Below are positions 10,449 through 19,970 of a DNA stretch of 64,000 bases, one piece after another. Position numbers and translations under genes: made by a program. The stretch comes from an uncultured archaeon. GTDB taxonomy: Archaea; Aenigmatarchaeota; Aenigmatarchaeia; CG10238-14; EX4484-224. A model generated the notes under the pieces. It was given only the letters and a program-made list of their open reading frames with translations, had not been told where the DNA came from and ran no database searches. Within the stretch, counting starts at the first letter, position 1. Each line of letters starts with the position of its first letter. Where the stretch lies: assembly GCA_964524025.1 (NCBI GenBank), contig CAZGBT010000002.1:11210-75209 (forward strand), in the 5' to 3' direction.

Positions 10449-11569
10449 CTTAATACCTCCTTACTCATTTTCAGGATGGATTTTGTGTTTAACTGTGAAA
10501 TTTTCATTTTTGGTTCTACCCTTCTGAGAGGAACTACCAAATCCTTTTTTGCTTCCATACCTTTTACAGGCACTGCTAACTCATCTTCCTCATCAAGAGT
10601 TGGTAAACAAAATTGCAATGGTTCCTTTAACCCCCCTTCGGATTTCAGAAAATCGACAGCTATTTCATACCTCTTTCGGATAGAAAAAGGATCTCGTCTC
10701 CAATCGGTCACTGCTAGTATTAGGTTCGGCTCGAGGTTTTGTAAGATAAATAGAGCTATGTACACAAACTGCCCGCTAACATGACGGATAATTTGCGGAG
10801 AAACTCCTTCTGATTCGTCTATCATACGAAGTAATTGCATACGACGAATAACCCTTTTGGGTACAGAGCGTGTATCTCCCTTAAGCGAAATTCTAAGTTG
10901 AGTTTCGCGTATACCTGGGATCCACAGTGCGCCATGTGTTAAAGCCTCAGCAGCGGCTGTTTCGAAATACGGAGTAAGATCTATTACTTTTTGATTGCCA
11001 CCCTCTATCTCTCTTCGCAATAAGGCATGGAATTCTTCTATTTTTAGACATTTAGATGAAGAGTTGGAACAGTATCCCCAAATTCTACTGGTGAGTTCTG
11101 GAGCTATCCGATTGAAGTGTGAAATGCAAAACTCTCGGAGTTTATATGTGGGGATTGAAATACAGTCTAGTCTTTCTCCATCTACCTCACATAAGTCTTT
11201 TCCTTCCAGAAAATAAAAATTCCTAGCAACCAAATCTCCCTTTCTACATCTGTAAATGAAAGGTACTACAACATAGGCTCTCTTGAAAAGTGTATGTAAA
11301 CTCATTAAATCGCCTAACCATTGTAGACTGATTAAATTAATATTTTGTTGTTCGGTAACCAAAAACAACGAGTAATGCTGAAGGTTTGGAGTTGCTATCT
11401 GCCTGGCAAAACCTAATGAGATATCTTTAATAATATCTGCAATTTCGTAAGCTAGCTTTAGAGTATCTTCTCCAAATAAGGAAAGAATGAACCTCTCGGC
11501 TCTGTAAATGAGTTCCTCTCGTGATTTTATTGCCTTTTGCATTTCGCGTACTGAATTTAGGTATCTCAT
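10439..11569 (-). CDS. Hypothetical protein (376 aa)
   Basis: Long ORF with GGGTGAGAGG RBS; overlaps the peptidase start; no family recognised. Confidence 0.8.
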   Translation of the reverse strand: MRYLNSVREMQKAIKSREELIYRAERFILSLFGEDTLKLAYEIADIIKDISLGFARQIATPNLQHYSLFLVTEQQNINLISLQWLGDLMSLHTLFKRAYVVVPFIYRCRKGDLVARNFYFLEGKDLCEVDGERLDCISIPTYKLREFCISHFNRIAPELTSRIWGYCSNSSSKCLKIEEFHALLRREIEGGNQKVIDLTPYFETAAAEALTHGALWIPGIRETQLRISLKGDTRSVPKRVIRRMQLLRMIDESEGVSPQIIRHVSGQFVYIALFILQNLEPNLILAVTDWRRDPFSIRKRYEIAVDFLKSEGGLKEPLQFCLPTLDEEDELAVPVKGMEAKKDLVVPLRRVEPKMKISQLNTKSILKMSKEVLRCI

Positions 11570-11598
11570 CCTCTCACCCAGTTATTTGAAAACCATCT

Positions 11599-11841
11599 TT
11601 AGCGCCAATCATGGTTCCGTATCTCACCTTCAATGTCATTAAGCAAGAAGATAATAACTTTTCCAGCCTTTGTAAGCCTAGCAGGATTTGAGTTCCCAAA
11701 CTTAATAAGACCAAGTTCTCTTAATATTTTTGCATTAGCCTTTAAAGTTGAAAGAGGTCTATTAAAAGCTTTACTTATCCTTCTTAACAAGCTGGAAATT
11801 GTAAATTCGAAATTTGAAGCAACAGCAAAGAGTATTATCAA
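11599..11841 (-). CDS. Winged helix-turn-helix protein; true start probably upstream (see findings)
   Basis: TISSLLRRISKAFNRPLSTLKANAKILRELGLI...LTKAG wHTH pattern; frame stays open upstream to about 11919. Confidence 0.75.
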   Translation of the reverse strand: MIILFAVASNFEFTISSLLRRISKAFNRPLSTLKANAKILRELGLIKFGNSNPARLTKAGKVIIFLLNDIEGEIRNHDWR

Positions 11842-12005
11842 CTGATTTTTATTAAAAGCTCTTTTTAAAACTTTTTTAATACATTTTCTCTCTTTTTCAG
11901 ATAGTGATATTGGTGCATATCACCACCAATTTTACTTTTTTAAAAGAAAGTTTTATAAGCATAATGGTCAAACAAACCTAGCCAGGAATCTAAATTAATT
12001 TAGCA

Positions 12006-13874
12006 CTAAATTGCTCCAACAAATTTAGGTCTTTTACTTAACAATACAGGCAAAGAAAGCTTAATAAAGGGGAATCCATCGGTTTTTTCTCTTATAAATC
12101 TAATTAAATCTTCCAATTTCATCTTAACTAGTTTACCTTCTTTTCTTATTCTGACATTAAATACTCCACTTTCAACTTCTTTTTTACCTACAACTATTAT
12201 AAATGGTACCCATTCCATTTCGGCCTCTCTAATTTTTTTCTCGACAGTCAAATCTCTATCATCTACATCAACTCTTATCCTATTTTTTATTAATTTTTCG
12301 GCAATCTCCAATGCAAAATCAACAAATTCTTTGCTAACTGTACATAACCTTACTTGGATAGGGGAGAGCCATAAAGGAAATGTAGCATGTTCAGGCGATT
12401 TCATGTATTCCTTCTCAAGAATAGCATAAATACATCTTTCTAAAGCACCAGAAGGGGAACAATGCAGAATTAGAGGATTCTTCTTTTTACCATCTTCGTC
12501 AACATAAAAAATACGGAATCTCTTTGAATTTTCATGGTCTATTTGAACTGTAGAAAGCGCGCTTGCCTTGTTCAAAGCGTCTACGAAATTAAATTCAAAT
12601 TTTGGGTCAAAATAGGCGTACCTAAAATTCCACATTTCTATTAAAACTGGTTTTCCAAAATCTTTTACAAGGTTTATTATGAATTCCTTATTCTCCTTCC
12701 AAAAATCTTTAGTAAACCTAATAGCAGTCTCGTAATTTTCTTCTGTTAATCCTAGGTCTTTTAAGCATTCCTTGCAAAAGTTAAATTGCTTTCTAAACTC
12801 TTCTTTAGCTTGTTCTAAATCTTTACACAAGGTGTGCATGTCTGGCATAGTAAACGCCCTTAACCTTCTAAGACCAGTTAATTCACCTCTTTTTTCCAAT
12901 CTAAAAGCATATCTTGTTAACTCAAACATCCTTAAAGGTAAATGTTTGTAGGAAATTATCATATCCGATTTCATCATGAATTGTCCAAAACATGCACTAA
13001 ATCTTAAGAAAAATTTTCTCTTAGCAGACTCGACTATATACTGTCTCGCTGGAAACCTTTCTAGATAACTTTCCAAGGCAGGATGAGCAAAATCGTACAT
13101 AACTGGAGTTTCTACCTCCATAGCACCAAATTTTATGGTTTTTTCTGTTATCCACCTCTCTAGCAAGTTTTTAATTAATCTGCCTTTTGGATACCATCTC
13201 AAATTTCCTGGATCACTTCCTTTCTCATAATCTGCAATTTCTAATTTTCTCATAAGCCTTACATGAGGCGGTTCTTTTTCTACTTTCCTTATCTTTTTCA
13301 TCTCATAAAGGGCGAATTTCTCTAGATTTTCATAATTCGAGAAATCAAAACCAACAATCTTATTCCCTTCTAATTTAATTGGAAAGAGCTTTCCTTCTGG
13401 AGTAAGTATAAACCATTCCGACTTAACTTTTTCCTCCTCCTCTAGTGCTTTTGGTCTTATCAACTTTTTTCCCTCAAAACTTTTAAATTGCTCCGCTAGA
13501 GGATGTCCTTTAAGTTTTAACGAAAATTTTTTTATCCAACCAAAAGGAGCTTTCTCTACCTTTAATCTTTGACTTAATCTCTCATTAAGCAAATTTATGA
13601 GGTTAAGAGCTTTTTTTGGTGAAGCTAATTCGTTGCTTAGATGTGCGTAAGGGTATATTAATAATTTATCGCATCCAACTTCTTCGCAGACTTTTGTTAT
13701 TTCTAATGAAACGCTATCAACCACCTCTTCCGAATCTCTTTCTTCTACACAGACAAAGGCTACTACCAAATCCTTTAAGATTCTTTTCCTTTCTTTAAAT
13801 TCTTCAGCAATCTCTACTTCTTTCTTTACTATTTCATAAGAAAACTCATCGCAGTGTAAAAGCAATACTTTCAT
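12006..13874 (-). CDS. thrS: Threonyl-tRNA synthetase with archaeal N-terminal editing domain
   Basis: YPYAHLS, APFGW, HPLAE editing motifs; [25 protein letters not shown]. Confidence 0.97.
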   Translation of the reverse strand: MKVLLLHCDEFSYEIVKKEVEIAEEFKERKRILKDLVVAFVCVEERDSEEVVDSVSLEITKVCEEVGCDKLLIYPYAHLSNELASPKKALNLINLLNERLSQRLKVEKAPFGWIKKFSLKLKGHPLAEQFKSFEGKKLIRPKALEEEEKVKSEWFILTPEGKLFPIKLEGNKIVGFDFSNYENLEKFALYEMKKIRKVEKEPPHVRLMRKLEIADYEKGSDPGNLRWYPKGRLIKNLLERWITEKTIKFGAMEVETPVMYDFAHPALESYLERFPARQYIVESAKRKFFLRFSACFGQFMMKSDMIISYKHLPLRMFELTRYAFRLEKRGELTGLRRLRAFTMPDMHTLCKDLEQAKEEFRKQFNFCKECLKDLGLTEENYETAIRFTKDFWKENKEFIINLVKDFGKPVLIEMWNFRYAYFDPKFEFNFVDALNKASALSTVQIDHENSKRFRIFYVDEDGKKKNPLILHCSPSGALERCIYAILEKEYMKSPEHATFPLWLSPIQVRLCTVSKEFVDFALEIAEKLIKNRIRVDVDDRDLTVEKKIREAEMEWVPFIIVVGKKEVESGVFNVRIRKEGKLVKMKLEDLIRFIREKTDGFPFIKLSLPVLLSKRPKFVGAI

Positions 13875-13899
13875 GAATAATAAACTTTAAAAGCTAGTT

Positions 13900-14811
13900 T
13901 TAAACTTTATTGCTCAACAAAAAATTTCTAACTTCATCTATAGTTGGCAAAGCACTCATAGCACCATATTTTGTTATTGAGATTGCTGCACAAGCATTAG
14001 CGAACCTAAGTAATTCGTCTTCTTTAAAACCCATTAGCTTCCCTACTATCAAGCCTGCTGCAAAAGCATCTCCAGCTCCAGTTGTATCTACAACTTTAAC
14101 CTTAAAAGCAGGCTGTTCTATAAGATTTCCTTTGAAGAGTAAAGAACCTTTTTCTCCTCTAGTTACAGCAATCAGCTTCAAACGAAAAGCGGAACAAATT
14201 TCATCTAACAATTCATTTAGGTCTTTAGTCTTTAATCCTAAAATTTCTCCTATGTATTCCAATTCAGAAACAGATGGTAATAAAATGTGGACGTATTCTA
14301 AAGCATCTAGCAAATAATTGTTAAATGTGCTCTTCCATAAATCTTCTCTAAAGTTTGGATCGAAAGAGACTTCTAAAGAATTTTTCTTAGCTAATTCTAA
14401 AGCATAAAACAAAGTTTCTCTAACCGGAACGTCTGTTAACGAAAGCGAACCAAAATGGAAAATCTTATTTTTCTTAAACAGTTCTTCTTGGATTTGGTCT
14501 TCAAGTATAAATTTGTCTGCTCCTCTGTAAAAGAAAAAGCTTGGTTTGCCTCCTACTAAAGTAACAAAAGCTAAAGTAGTTCTAGCAAAATTCTCTATTC
14601 TTACGCAACTTATATCGACTTTTTCCTCAACCATCTTCTGAAGAAGCATCTTGCCGAAATAATCGTTACCAACCGTTGCTATCAAATAAACTTTCTTACC
14701 TAATCTTGAGCAACCTACTGCAAAATTTGCCGGAGCACCCCCTGGAAATGGATGAAACCCATCTCCAATTTTTATCATATCTACAAGGAGTTCTCCAAAG
14801 CTAATTATCAT
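13900..14811 (-). CDS. PfkB-family carbohydrate kinase (fructokinase-like)
   Basis: GELLVD, GGAPANFA, FDPNFR, DTTGAGDAF. Confidence 0.93.
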   Translation of the reverse strand: MIISFGELLVDMIKIGDGFHPFPGGAPANFAVGCSRLGKKVYLIATVGNDYFGKMLLQKMVEEKVDISCVRIENFARTTLAFVTLVGGKPSFFFYRGADKFILEDQIQEELFKKNKIFHFGSLSLTDVPVRETLFYALELAKKNSLEVSFDPNFREDLWKSTFNNYLLDALEYVHILLPSVSELEYIGEILGLKTKDLNELLDEICSAFRLKLIAVTRGEKGSLLFKGNLIEQPAFKVKVVDTTGAGDAFAAGLIVGKLMGFKEDELLRFANACAAISITKYGAMSALPTIDEVRNFLLSNKV

Positions 14812-14820
14812 ATTTCAACT

Positions 14821-15699
14821 TCAAAAATAGCTTTTTATAAGTTGGTAAACTTTTCTTCCAGCTACTGAATATGGTCTAAAACTTCCCATTTCCATTTCTT
14901 CTTGATTATCGTAAATTGTCTTATGAAGATAAGGCAAGGGAAAACCAGCAAATATCGCATACATATCTATAGCTGCACCAACCCCCCAAAAATCTTCACC
15001 CATATAGTTTATATCCCCTTTAATTCTATTACCCATGCCAATTGTAAATCCTCCTCTCTCCTTTACAGCCTTAAATAGTTCCTCATCTGTCACACCATCT
15101 CCTACAGCTATAAGCAAAGGATAACCGTTGTTTAACTCATGTAATAAGTTATTCGGTTTGTTGGCCTGTCCGTTCGGTTTGATTATACTAACGTAACGAC
15201 CTCTCTCGTCTGTTAGAATTTCAGTTCCAATAACTACTATGTTATCACAATTTGGAAAACATCGCCTTACTATTGGTTGTAGTAGATCTTTAATTCCTGC
15301 TGATGAAATTACAGGTTTTCCGTACAGGCTAATAGTTTCTACCACTTCTTTAGCCCCTTTTCTTAGAATTTCAGAACCTTCACGTTCTAATTTTTTTAAA
15401 TTTTCCATACCAATTTTTACCACACGTTCCTTGTAAGCTCCTTTCTCGATCAACATAATTGCTAATTCATCACCTGAACTATAACTACCATTCGTATAGT
15501 AGGGATCAAAGGCAAAGGGTTGCTGACGCATGTCCATGACTCTCCTTTCAAATTCTTCCTTACTTAGACCCAAAACATCTTCGCTTAGAAAATCCCTTCC
15601 CAAATCAAACTTGCTCATACACCCGTCCCAATCAAATAGAGCCAGAATAGTAGGTTTTTGGGCCACAGAAGTTTTATAGGAGATATTATTTTGTAACAT
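14821..15699 (-). CDS. HAD-superfamily hydrolase
   Basis: FDWDG (motif I), SSAG (II), K (III), GDGVTD (IV). Confidence 0.82.
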   Translation of the reverse strand: MLQNNISYKTSVAQKPTILALFDWDGCMSKFDLGRDFLSEDVLGLSKEEFERRVMDMRQQPFAFDPYYTNGSYSSGDELAIMLIEKGAYKERVVKIGMENLKKLEREGSEILRKGAKEVVETISLYGKPVISSAGIKDLLQPIVRRCFPNCDNIVVIGTEILTDERGRYVSIIKPNGQANKPNNLLHELNNGYPLLIAVGDGVTDEELFKAVKERGGFTIGMGNRIKGDINYMGEDFWGVGAAIDMYAIFAGFPLPYLHKTIYDNQEEMEMGSFRPYSVAGRKVYQLIKSYF

Positions 15700-15744
15700 T
15701 AAGTATTACTTTGTATTACTTTACTTAAAAATTTTTCTTACTAC

Positions 15745-16521
15745 TTATTCGAGATGAAACCATTCGCCAGTAAAAGTAAATGCATAAACCCTACCGCTTC
15801 GAATTAACCTTGGCAAAACATCCTTCTCTATCCAACCTTTTTCTGGAAAGAATTTTAAAGCTTCTGGTTCGAATAAAAAGACACCTGCACTTACATAAAA
15901 ACTTCTCGTCTCTTTTGCGGGACTTGTAAAACCTACTACCTTATTACCTAAAATTTTGATAAAGTCTTTTGACTTTTCTAAATGGGTTGTTGCTATGGCA
16001 ATAGTCGCTAGAGATCTGTTAGATCTATGGAAATTTATCATCTCCTTTAGATCAAAATCAAAAAATTCATCACCATAAATAACAAAAAATGTAGAATCTA
16101 GCTTATTCGCAATCTTCTTTATTACTCCAGCTGTTCCAAGTGGTTCCTTTTCACGAATATAAGAAATGCTTAAGCCTAGCTCTGAGCCGTCTCCAACAAG
16201 TTTAAATACCTGATCTGTTATAGGGCCTCCAGCGATCGTTATCTGCGAAACGTTTGCCTTTTTAAGCTTTTCCAAGATCCAGAGAATAAGTGGTTTGCCT
16301 TTTACTTTATAAAGCGGTTTGTAAGTATCCTTATAAAGCAACTTTTCTTTCTTTCCTCCTGCAAGTATAATAGCTTTGGATACTTTTTCTAGTTTTAAAG
16401 CCTCTCTAAGCAAAAATTCTACAACTTGCGATCTATTCCTAAACTTTATTCCATCTATTAAACTATCGACTTTTCTTAGAAGATCTTTTTCAATAGTAAG
16501 TGAAATTCTTTTTTTCCTCAT
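15745..16521 (-). CDS. Ribbon-helix-helix domain fused to a sugar-phosphate nucleotidyltransferase-like domain
   Basis: N-term RISLTIEKDLLRKVD...NRSQVVE (RHH); then AIILAGG, KPL, EPLGTAG, YGD. Confidence 0.85.
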   Translation of the reverse strand: MRKKRISLTIEKDLLRKVDSLIDGIKFRNRSQVVEFLLREALKLEKVSKAIILAGGKKEKLLYKDTYKPLYKVKGKPLILWILEKLKKANVSQITIAGGPITDQVFKLVGDGSELGLSISYIREKEPLGTAGVIKKIANKLDSTFFVIYGDEFFDFDLKEMINFHRSNRSLATIAIATTHLEKSKDFIKILGNKVVGFTSPAKETRSFYVSAGVFLFEPEALKFFPEKGWIEKDVLPRLIRSGRVYAFTFTGEWFHLE

Positions 16522-16561
16522 CAGTTGAAAATTATGTAAGAAAAATTTAAATTAAGCCCTT

Positions 16562-17287
16562 TTAGTCTGACCAAAAAGTTAAAACCATAGATGCTATCTG
16601 TTCAAAAACATCTCCATAATATGCCTGCATTAGCAATAAAATCAATGGATGTTGTATTAAATAAATTAAAAGAGATTTCCTCCCTAGGAGAGTTATTGGT
16701 CTTAAAATTTTTGGAATTTTAAGGTCGAGATTTAGAGAATTACCTATTGCGATTCCTATTAACATAAACCCAAACCAGGGAAGAAGAGGATAATAGTCAA
16801 GCATGCAAATTTTGGGTTTAAAGCCTAACCAGAATGCGTATTTGTTAGCAACACCAACATTTTGGATTGTTATACCCGTTAAAATTAGTGCAAAACCAGC
16901 AAGTAACGAAAGAACTCTGAATGCTGAAAAGAAACTCCCTAAAATAACCGCAATCCCGAAGAAGTGAAGTATCCCAAACCTTACATAACATCGAGTTGGA
17001 AGTGTTATAATGGTTATTAGCAACCCTAGACAAAAGAATTTAATACCTCTCTTTACGCTCGCGACAAGCAATCTTTTGCCATATTTCCTCCTAGCCAATG
17101 TAAGCGAAATCCCAGAAATAAAGATAAACATTCCACCTATAAACCTTGGAAAGAAATACCAAAATAGAGAATTCAAGCTTATCTTATTAAAGTAACTAAG
17201 GTCGAAAAATACATGATAGATTAACATAAGGATAACAGCTACTCCCCTAAGGAAGTCAACAAATTCTAATCTCTTCCAAGCAGTCAT
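16562..17287 (-). CDS. DUF1624 / heparan-alpha-glucosaminide N-acetyltransferase-like membrane protein
   Basis: RLEFVDFLRGVAVILMLIYH, FGILH, DYYPLLPW, GRKSLLIYLIQ. Confidence 0.88.
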   Translation of the reverse strand: MTAWKRLEFVDFLRGVAVILMLIYHVFFDLSYFNKISLNSLFWYFFPRFIGGMFIFISGISLTLARRKYGKRLLVASVKRGIKFFCLGLLITIITLPTRCYVRFGILHFFGIAVILGSFFSAFRVLSLLAGFALILTGITIQNVGVANKYAFWLGFKPKICMLDYYPLLPWFGFMLIGIAIGNSLNLDLKIPKILRPITLLGRKSLLIYLIQHPLILLLMQAYYGDVFEQIASMVLTFWSD

Positions 17288-17322
17288 ATTAATTACCTAC
17301 ATGTTAATAATCAAGAAAAGAA

Positions 17323-18027
17323 CTAAAACGCATTCCATTTCAATTTAAGTATCAACTTTAATTTCCCGTCAGTAAGAATTGTCATTCCTGCGATTTTTAA
17401 TCCACTAGCATATGGAGGCCAAAGATGTGTATCGAGAGTTTTCAAAATTACCATTCTCTCGCCAATTCTACGGTAAGAATAAAACCATAAATCTGGCCAG
17501 AAAATATCCAAGTTATTATAAACTCCTGGATTTATCATGGAATAATCAAACTTTTTATCTTTTAAACTTTCAGTAAATACATTAACCCTATAAAGCTTAC
17601 CATCCTTATATACGTCATTAAAAACTGTATGAAGGTTTCCAGTCACGTAAGCCGATTGTAAAAGATGAACATCCCCTAATTCTGCTTCAAAACCTAGTAT
17701 AAAAAATAGTACACCTTGATATCTGCAACACCCAGCTTTGTGTTTTAAGGCAAAACTTAAGGGGTGTTTTTCCATAACGATACTCTCCATCAATCTTTTT
17801 CTCTCCACATCCAAGCATGTAAACATGCCTTCATAAGCGTTTTCCATCGCATCTATGCAAAGCTGTTTAATGCTTTTTAATTTTTCTGAAAATGGTAAAT
17901 TTCTACATCGCTGCGCTTTTTCTACTAGCTCATTTAGCTCTTCTGATTCGTCAACTAATACATCAAACGGCTCTATTCCGATGTATGTAGAAAGTTTTTC
18001 TATTCTTCTTGGCTTTAACCTTAGCAT
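17323..18027 (-). CDS. Putative transglutaminase/EDR1-like cysteine peptidase-fold protein
   Basis: GCCRYQGVLF resembles GxCRHRALLF; downstream HTVFND. Confidence 0.55.
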   Translation of the reverse strand: MLRLKPRRIEKLSTYIGIEPFDVLVDESEELNELVEKAQRCRNLPFSEKLKSIKQLCIDAMENAYEGMFTCLDVERKRLMESIVMEKHPLSFALKHKAGCCRYQGVLFFILGFEAELGDVHLLQSAYVTGNLHTVFNDVYKDGKLYRVNVFTESLKDKKFDYSMINPGVYNNLDIFWPDLWFYSYRRIGERMVILKTLDTHLWPPYASGLKIAGMTILTDGKLKLILKLKWNAF

Positions 18028-18036
18028 GCTTAACTG

Positions 18037-18651
18037 CTAAATTATCGGTTTTAACTCCCCAACATATAAAAGCTCACTATTTGTTAAAAGATAAACTCCT
18101 ATAGGTTCGTCCACTGGATACTCCAGACTGAATCCTGCAGGTCTTCTTTTCTTGGCATATTCCTGTAATCGATAAAAGAGTATATTTGGGTGCGTAAGGT
18201 AGAAAGAAATACCATATAGGTGGTCTATACCAACAACAGCTAGAAGCCTTTCTCTTCTTTTCGCTAAAAACCATAAATTTCTTGCCATCCAGCAATCTCT
18301 AAAATCAAGGGTTGCATATTTAATACCGAGAACAGTATCCATATCCCACTCATCTTCTAGCAGACCTTCCAGCATAGCAGGTCCTATTTTATAAACTACT
18401 CTAATACCAATTTCAAACAGTTGTTGGATTCCCATTCCCGTAAAATCTTTTAGAGTTTTTTCATCTACCCCATATTCTCTACTACGATCCATTCTCCCTT
18501 CCACAGCAAGCTCATGAGTTTTGTATTTTCGTAAGGTTTTCTCTATACTGATAGTTCCATCGTGGTAGGTTCCTATAAGAACTATCTGGGTTATCCCCAC
18601 TGTCAACTCTTTCACATATTTTTCCTCCGCCATCTCTCTTTTTTCATACAT
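18037..18651 (-). CDS. Short TraB/GumN (Tiki)-like protein
   Basis: LIGTYH, AVE, RDCWMARNL, AVVGIDHLYGI. Confidence 0.7.
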   Translation of the reverse strand: MYEKREMAEEKYVKELTVGITQIVLIGTYHDGTISIEKTLRKYKTHELAVEGRMDRSREYGVDEKTLKDFTGMGIQQLFEIGIRVVYKIGPAMLEGLLEDEWDMDTVLGIKYATLDFRDCWMARNLWFLAKRRERLLAVVGIDHLYGISFYLTHPNILFYRLQEYAKKRRPAGFSLEYPVDEPIGVYLLTNSELLYVGELKPII

Positions 18652-18779
18652 ATTAGTTTTTGATTATAGCTTAAAAAATTATCACTAAGCAGTAAATAAT
18701 TCATACGATAAGTAGTGAAAACACAAGCCTAACTTGTAAAATAAAATATTTAATAAAAAATATATTTTTTAGTAAACTT

Positions 18780-19147
18780 TAAATACTTTATTTTCCATAT
18801 TTAACTATGCTAAAATTGTTAAAAGAAACGGAAATGAAAAATATCTACAAAAACTTAAATTTCTATATTCAAACTTCTGGAAAAGGTATATAGACTTATT
18901 TATAAGAGAAAATTCTCTTCACTACGAGTGGAGTAGTGTTGTTGTAATAAAGAAATCGCATAAATTTAGCGTAAGATTCCTTAAACCAAAAAGGAACATA
19001 AGGGGGGGTTAAGGTATTGGACTAGGAGGATTTATCAATACATGAGCTTAGCTACAATAAGAAAATTAATTGAATTTGGAGAAAATCTAAAAATTGAGAA
19101 TTTTTGGGAAATTCCTTCAAACTTTTTCTTGCTTAGAAATACCTAGA
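18780..19147 (+). pseudogene. Possible degraded gene remnant
   Basis: Protein-like stretches in shifting frames (YAKIVKRNGNEKYLQKLKFLYSNFWKRYIDLF...; VKVLD*; TIRKLIEFGENLKIENFWEIP) broken around a G7 tract. Confidence 0.3.
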
Positions 19148-19198
19148 CAGGTAATTACCAACAAATGTGACGAAAAATTAAGTTCTTATAGAATCTTC

Positions 19199-19810
19199 TT
19201 ACCACTTGGTTCCCGCTATTTTTCTAAATAATTCTGCTATTTCTTCACTTAGATACTCAAGGATTGAAAATATTCCTTTTTCAGTGATTTTTTTAGTTTT
19301 GGAGGATGCTAAAACAACTAGTTGATTTGGAAATACTTCTAATTCCTCATGTAGCACATTGAAATTCCATTTCCTTACATAAGGTATTTTAATAGAACCA
19401 CTCCTGTTACATATTAGAACCATAGCTGAATTGCAACCTTTTCTTATAGCAAAGTCTCTAGCTTTGTATAGCTCTTTAATTTTTTCTCGTTCATATTTTT
19501 TCACTACAGATGCGTACACATCCAGACCATCTTTAAATATATCATATCTAATCTTCTTCGGCAACGTGAAGTATTTTACTGCTTGTCTAAACACTTTTTT
19601 ACCTTTTGGAGAAAGCTCACTTCCTTTTCGTGTAGTAACCACAAGCTTTTTGTTAGAAAGTATTCTAAGAATGCTTCGGATGCTTCCCTCACCTACTTCA
19701 GCTAGTTTAGATAACTTTTGCCTTGCGATTTTACCTTTCTTACCTATTAAAAAGAAAATCCTAAGTATATCATACCTATCAAATTTTTTTAAGGTCTTAA
19801 CTTTCTTCAT
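19199..19810 (-). CDS. Winged-HTH transcription regulator, DUF4443-like
   Basis: IARQKLSKLAEVGEGSIRSILRIL...LSPKG, then ARDFAIRKGC. Confidence 0.75.
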   Translation of the reverse strand: MKKVKTLKKFDRYDILRIFFLIGKKGKIARQKLSKLAEVGEGSIRSILRILSNKKLVVTTRKGSELSPKGKKVFRQAVKYFTLPKKIRYDIFKDGLDVYASVVKKYEREKIKELYKARDFAIRKGCNSAMVLICNRSGSIKIPYVRKWNFNVLHEELEVFPNQLVVLASSKTKKITEKGIFSILEYLSEEIAELFRKIAGTKW

Positions 19811-19921
19811 ATTTTTTAATTTACTACTTTTTTTACTTTAGCAGAAGAGTTAAAAAGCAAAATATTGGTAAGATAAGACTTGGAGGCACTAAGGTCATAG
19901 CTTATTAGAAAATCGAACATA

Positions 19922-19950
19922 TTGGATACGGTATCCAAATACTTTTAAAT
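19922..19950 (+). promoter_or_regulatory. Palindromic operator candidate TTGGATAC-G-GTATCCAA followed by the TATA-like box of nrdD
   Basis: Perfect 8-1-8 inverted repeat at 19922-19938; CTTTTAAAT at 19942-19950, 20 nt before the ATG. Confidence 0.65.
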
Positions 19951-19970
19951 GAGAAGATATAAACTGTCTT

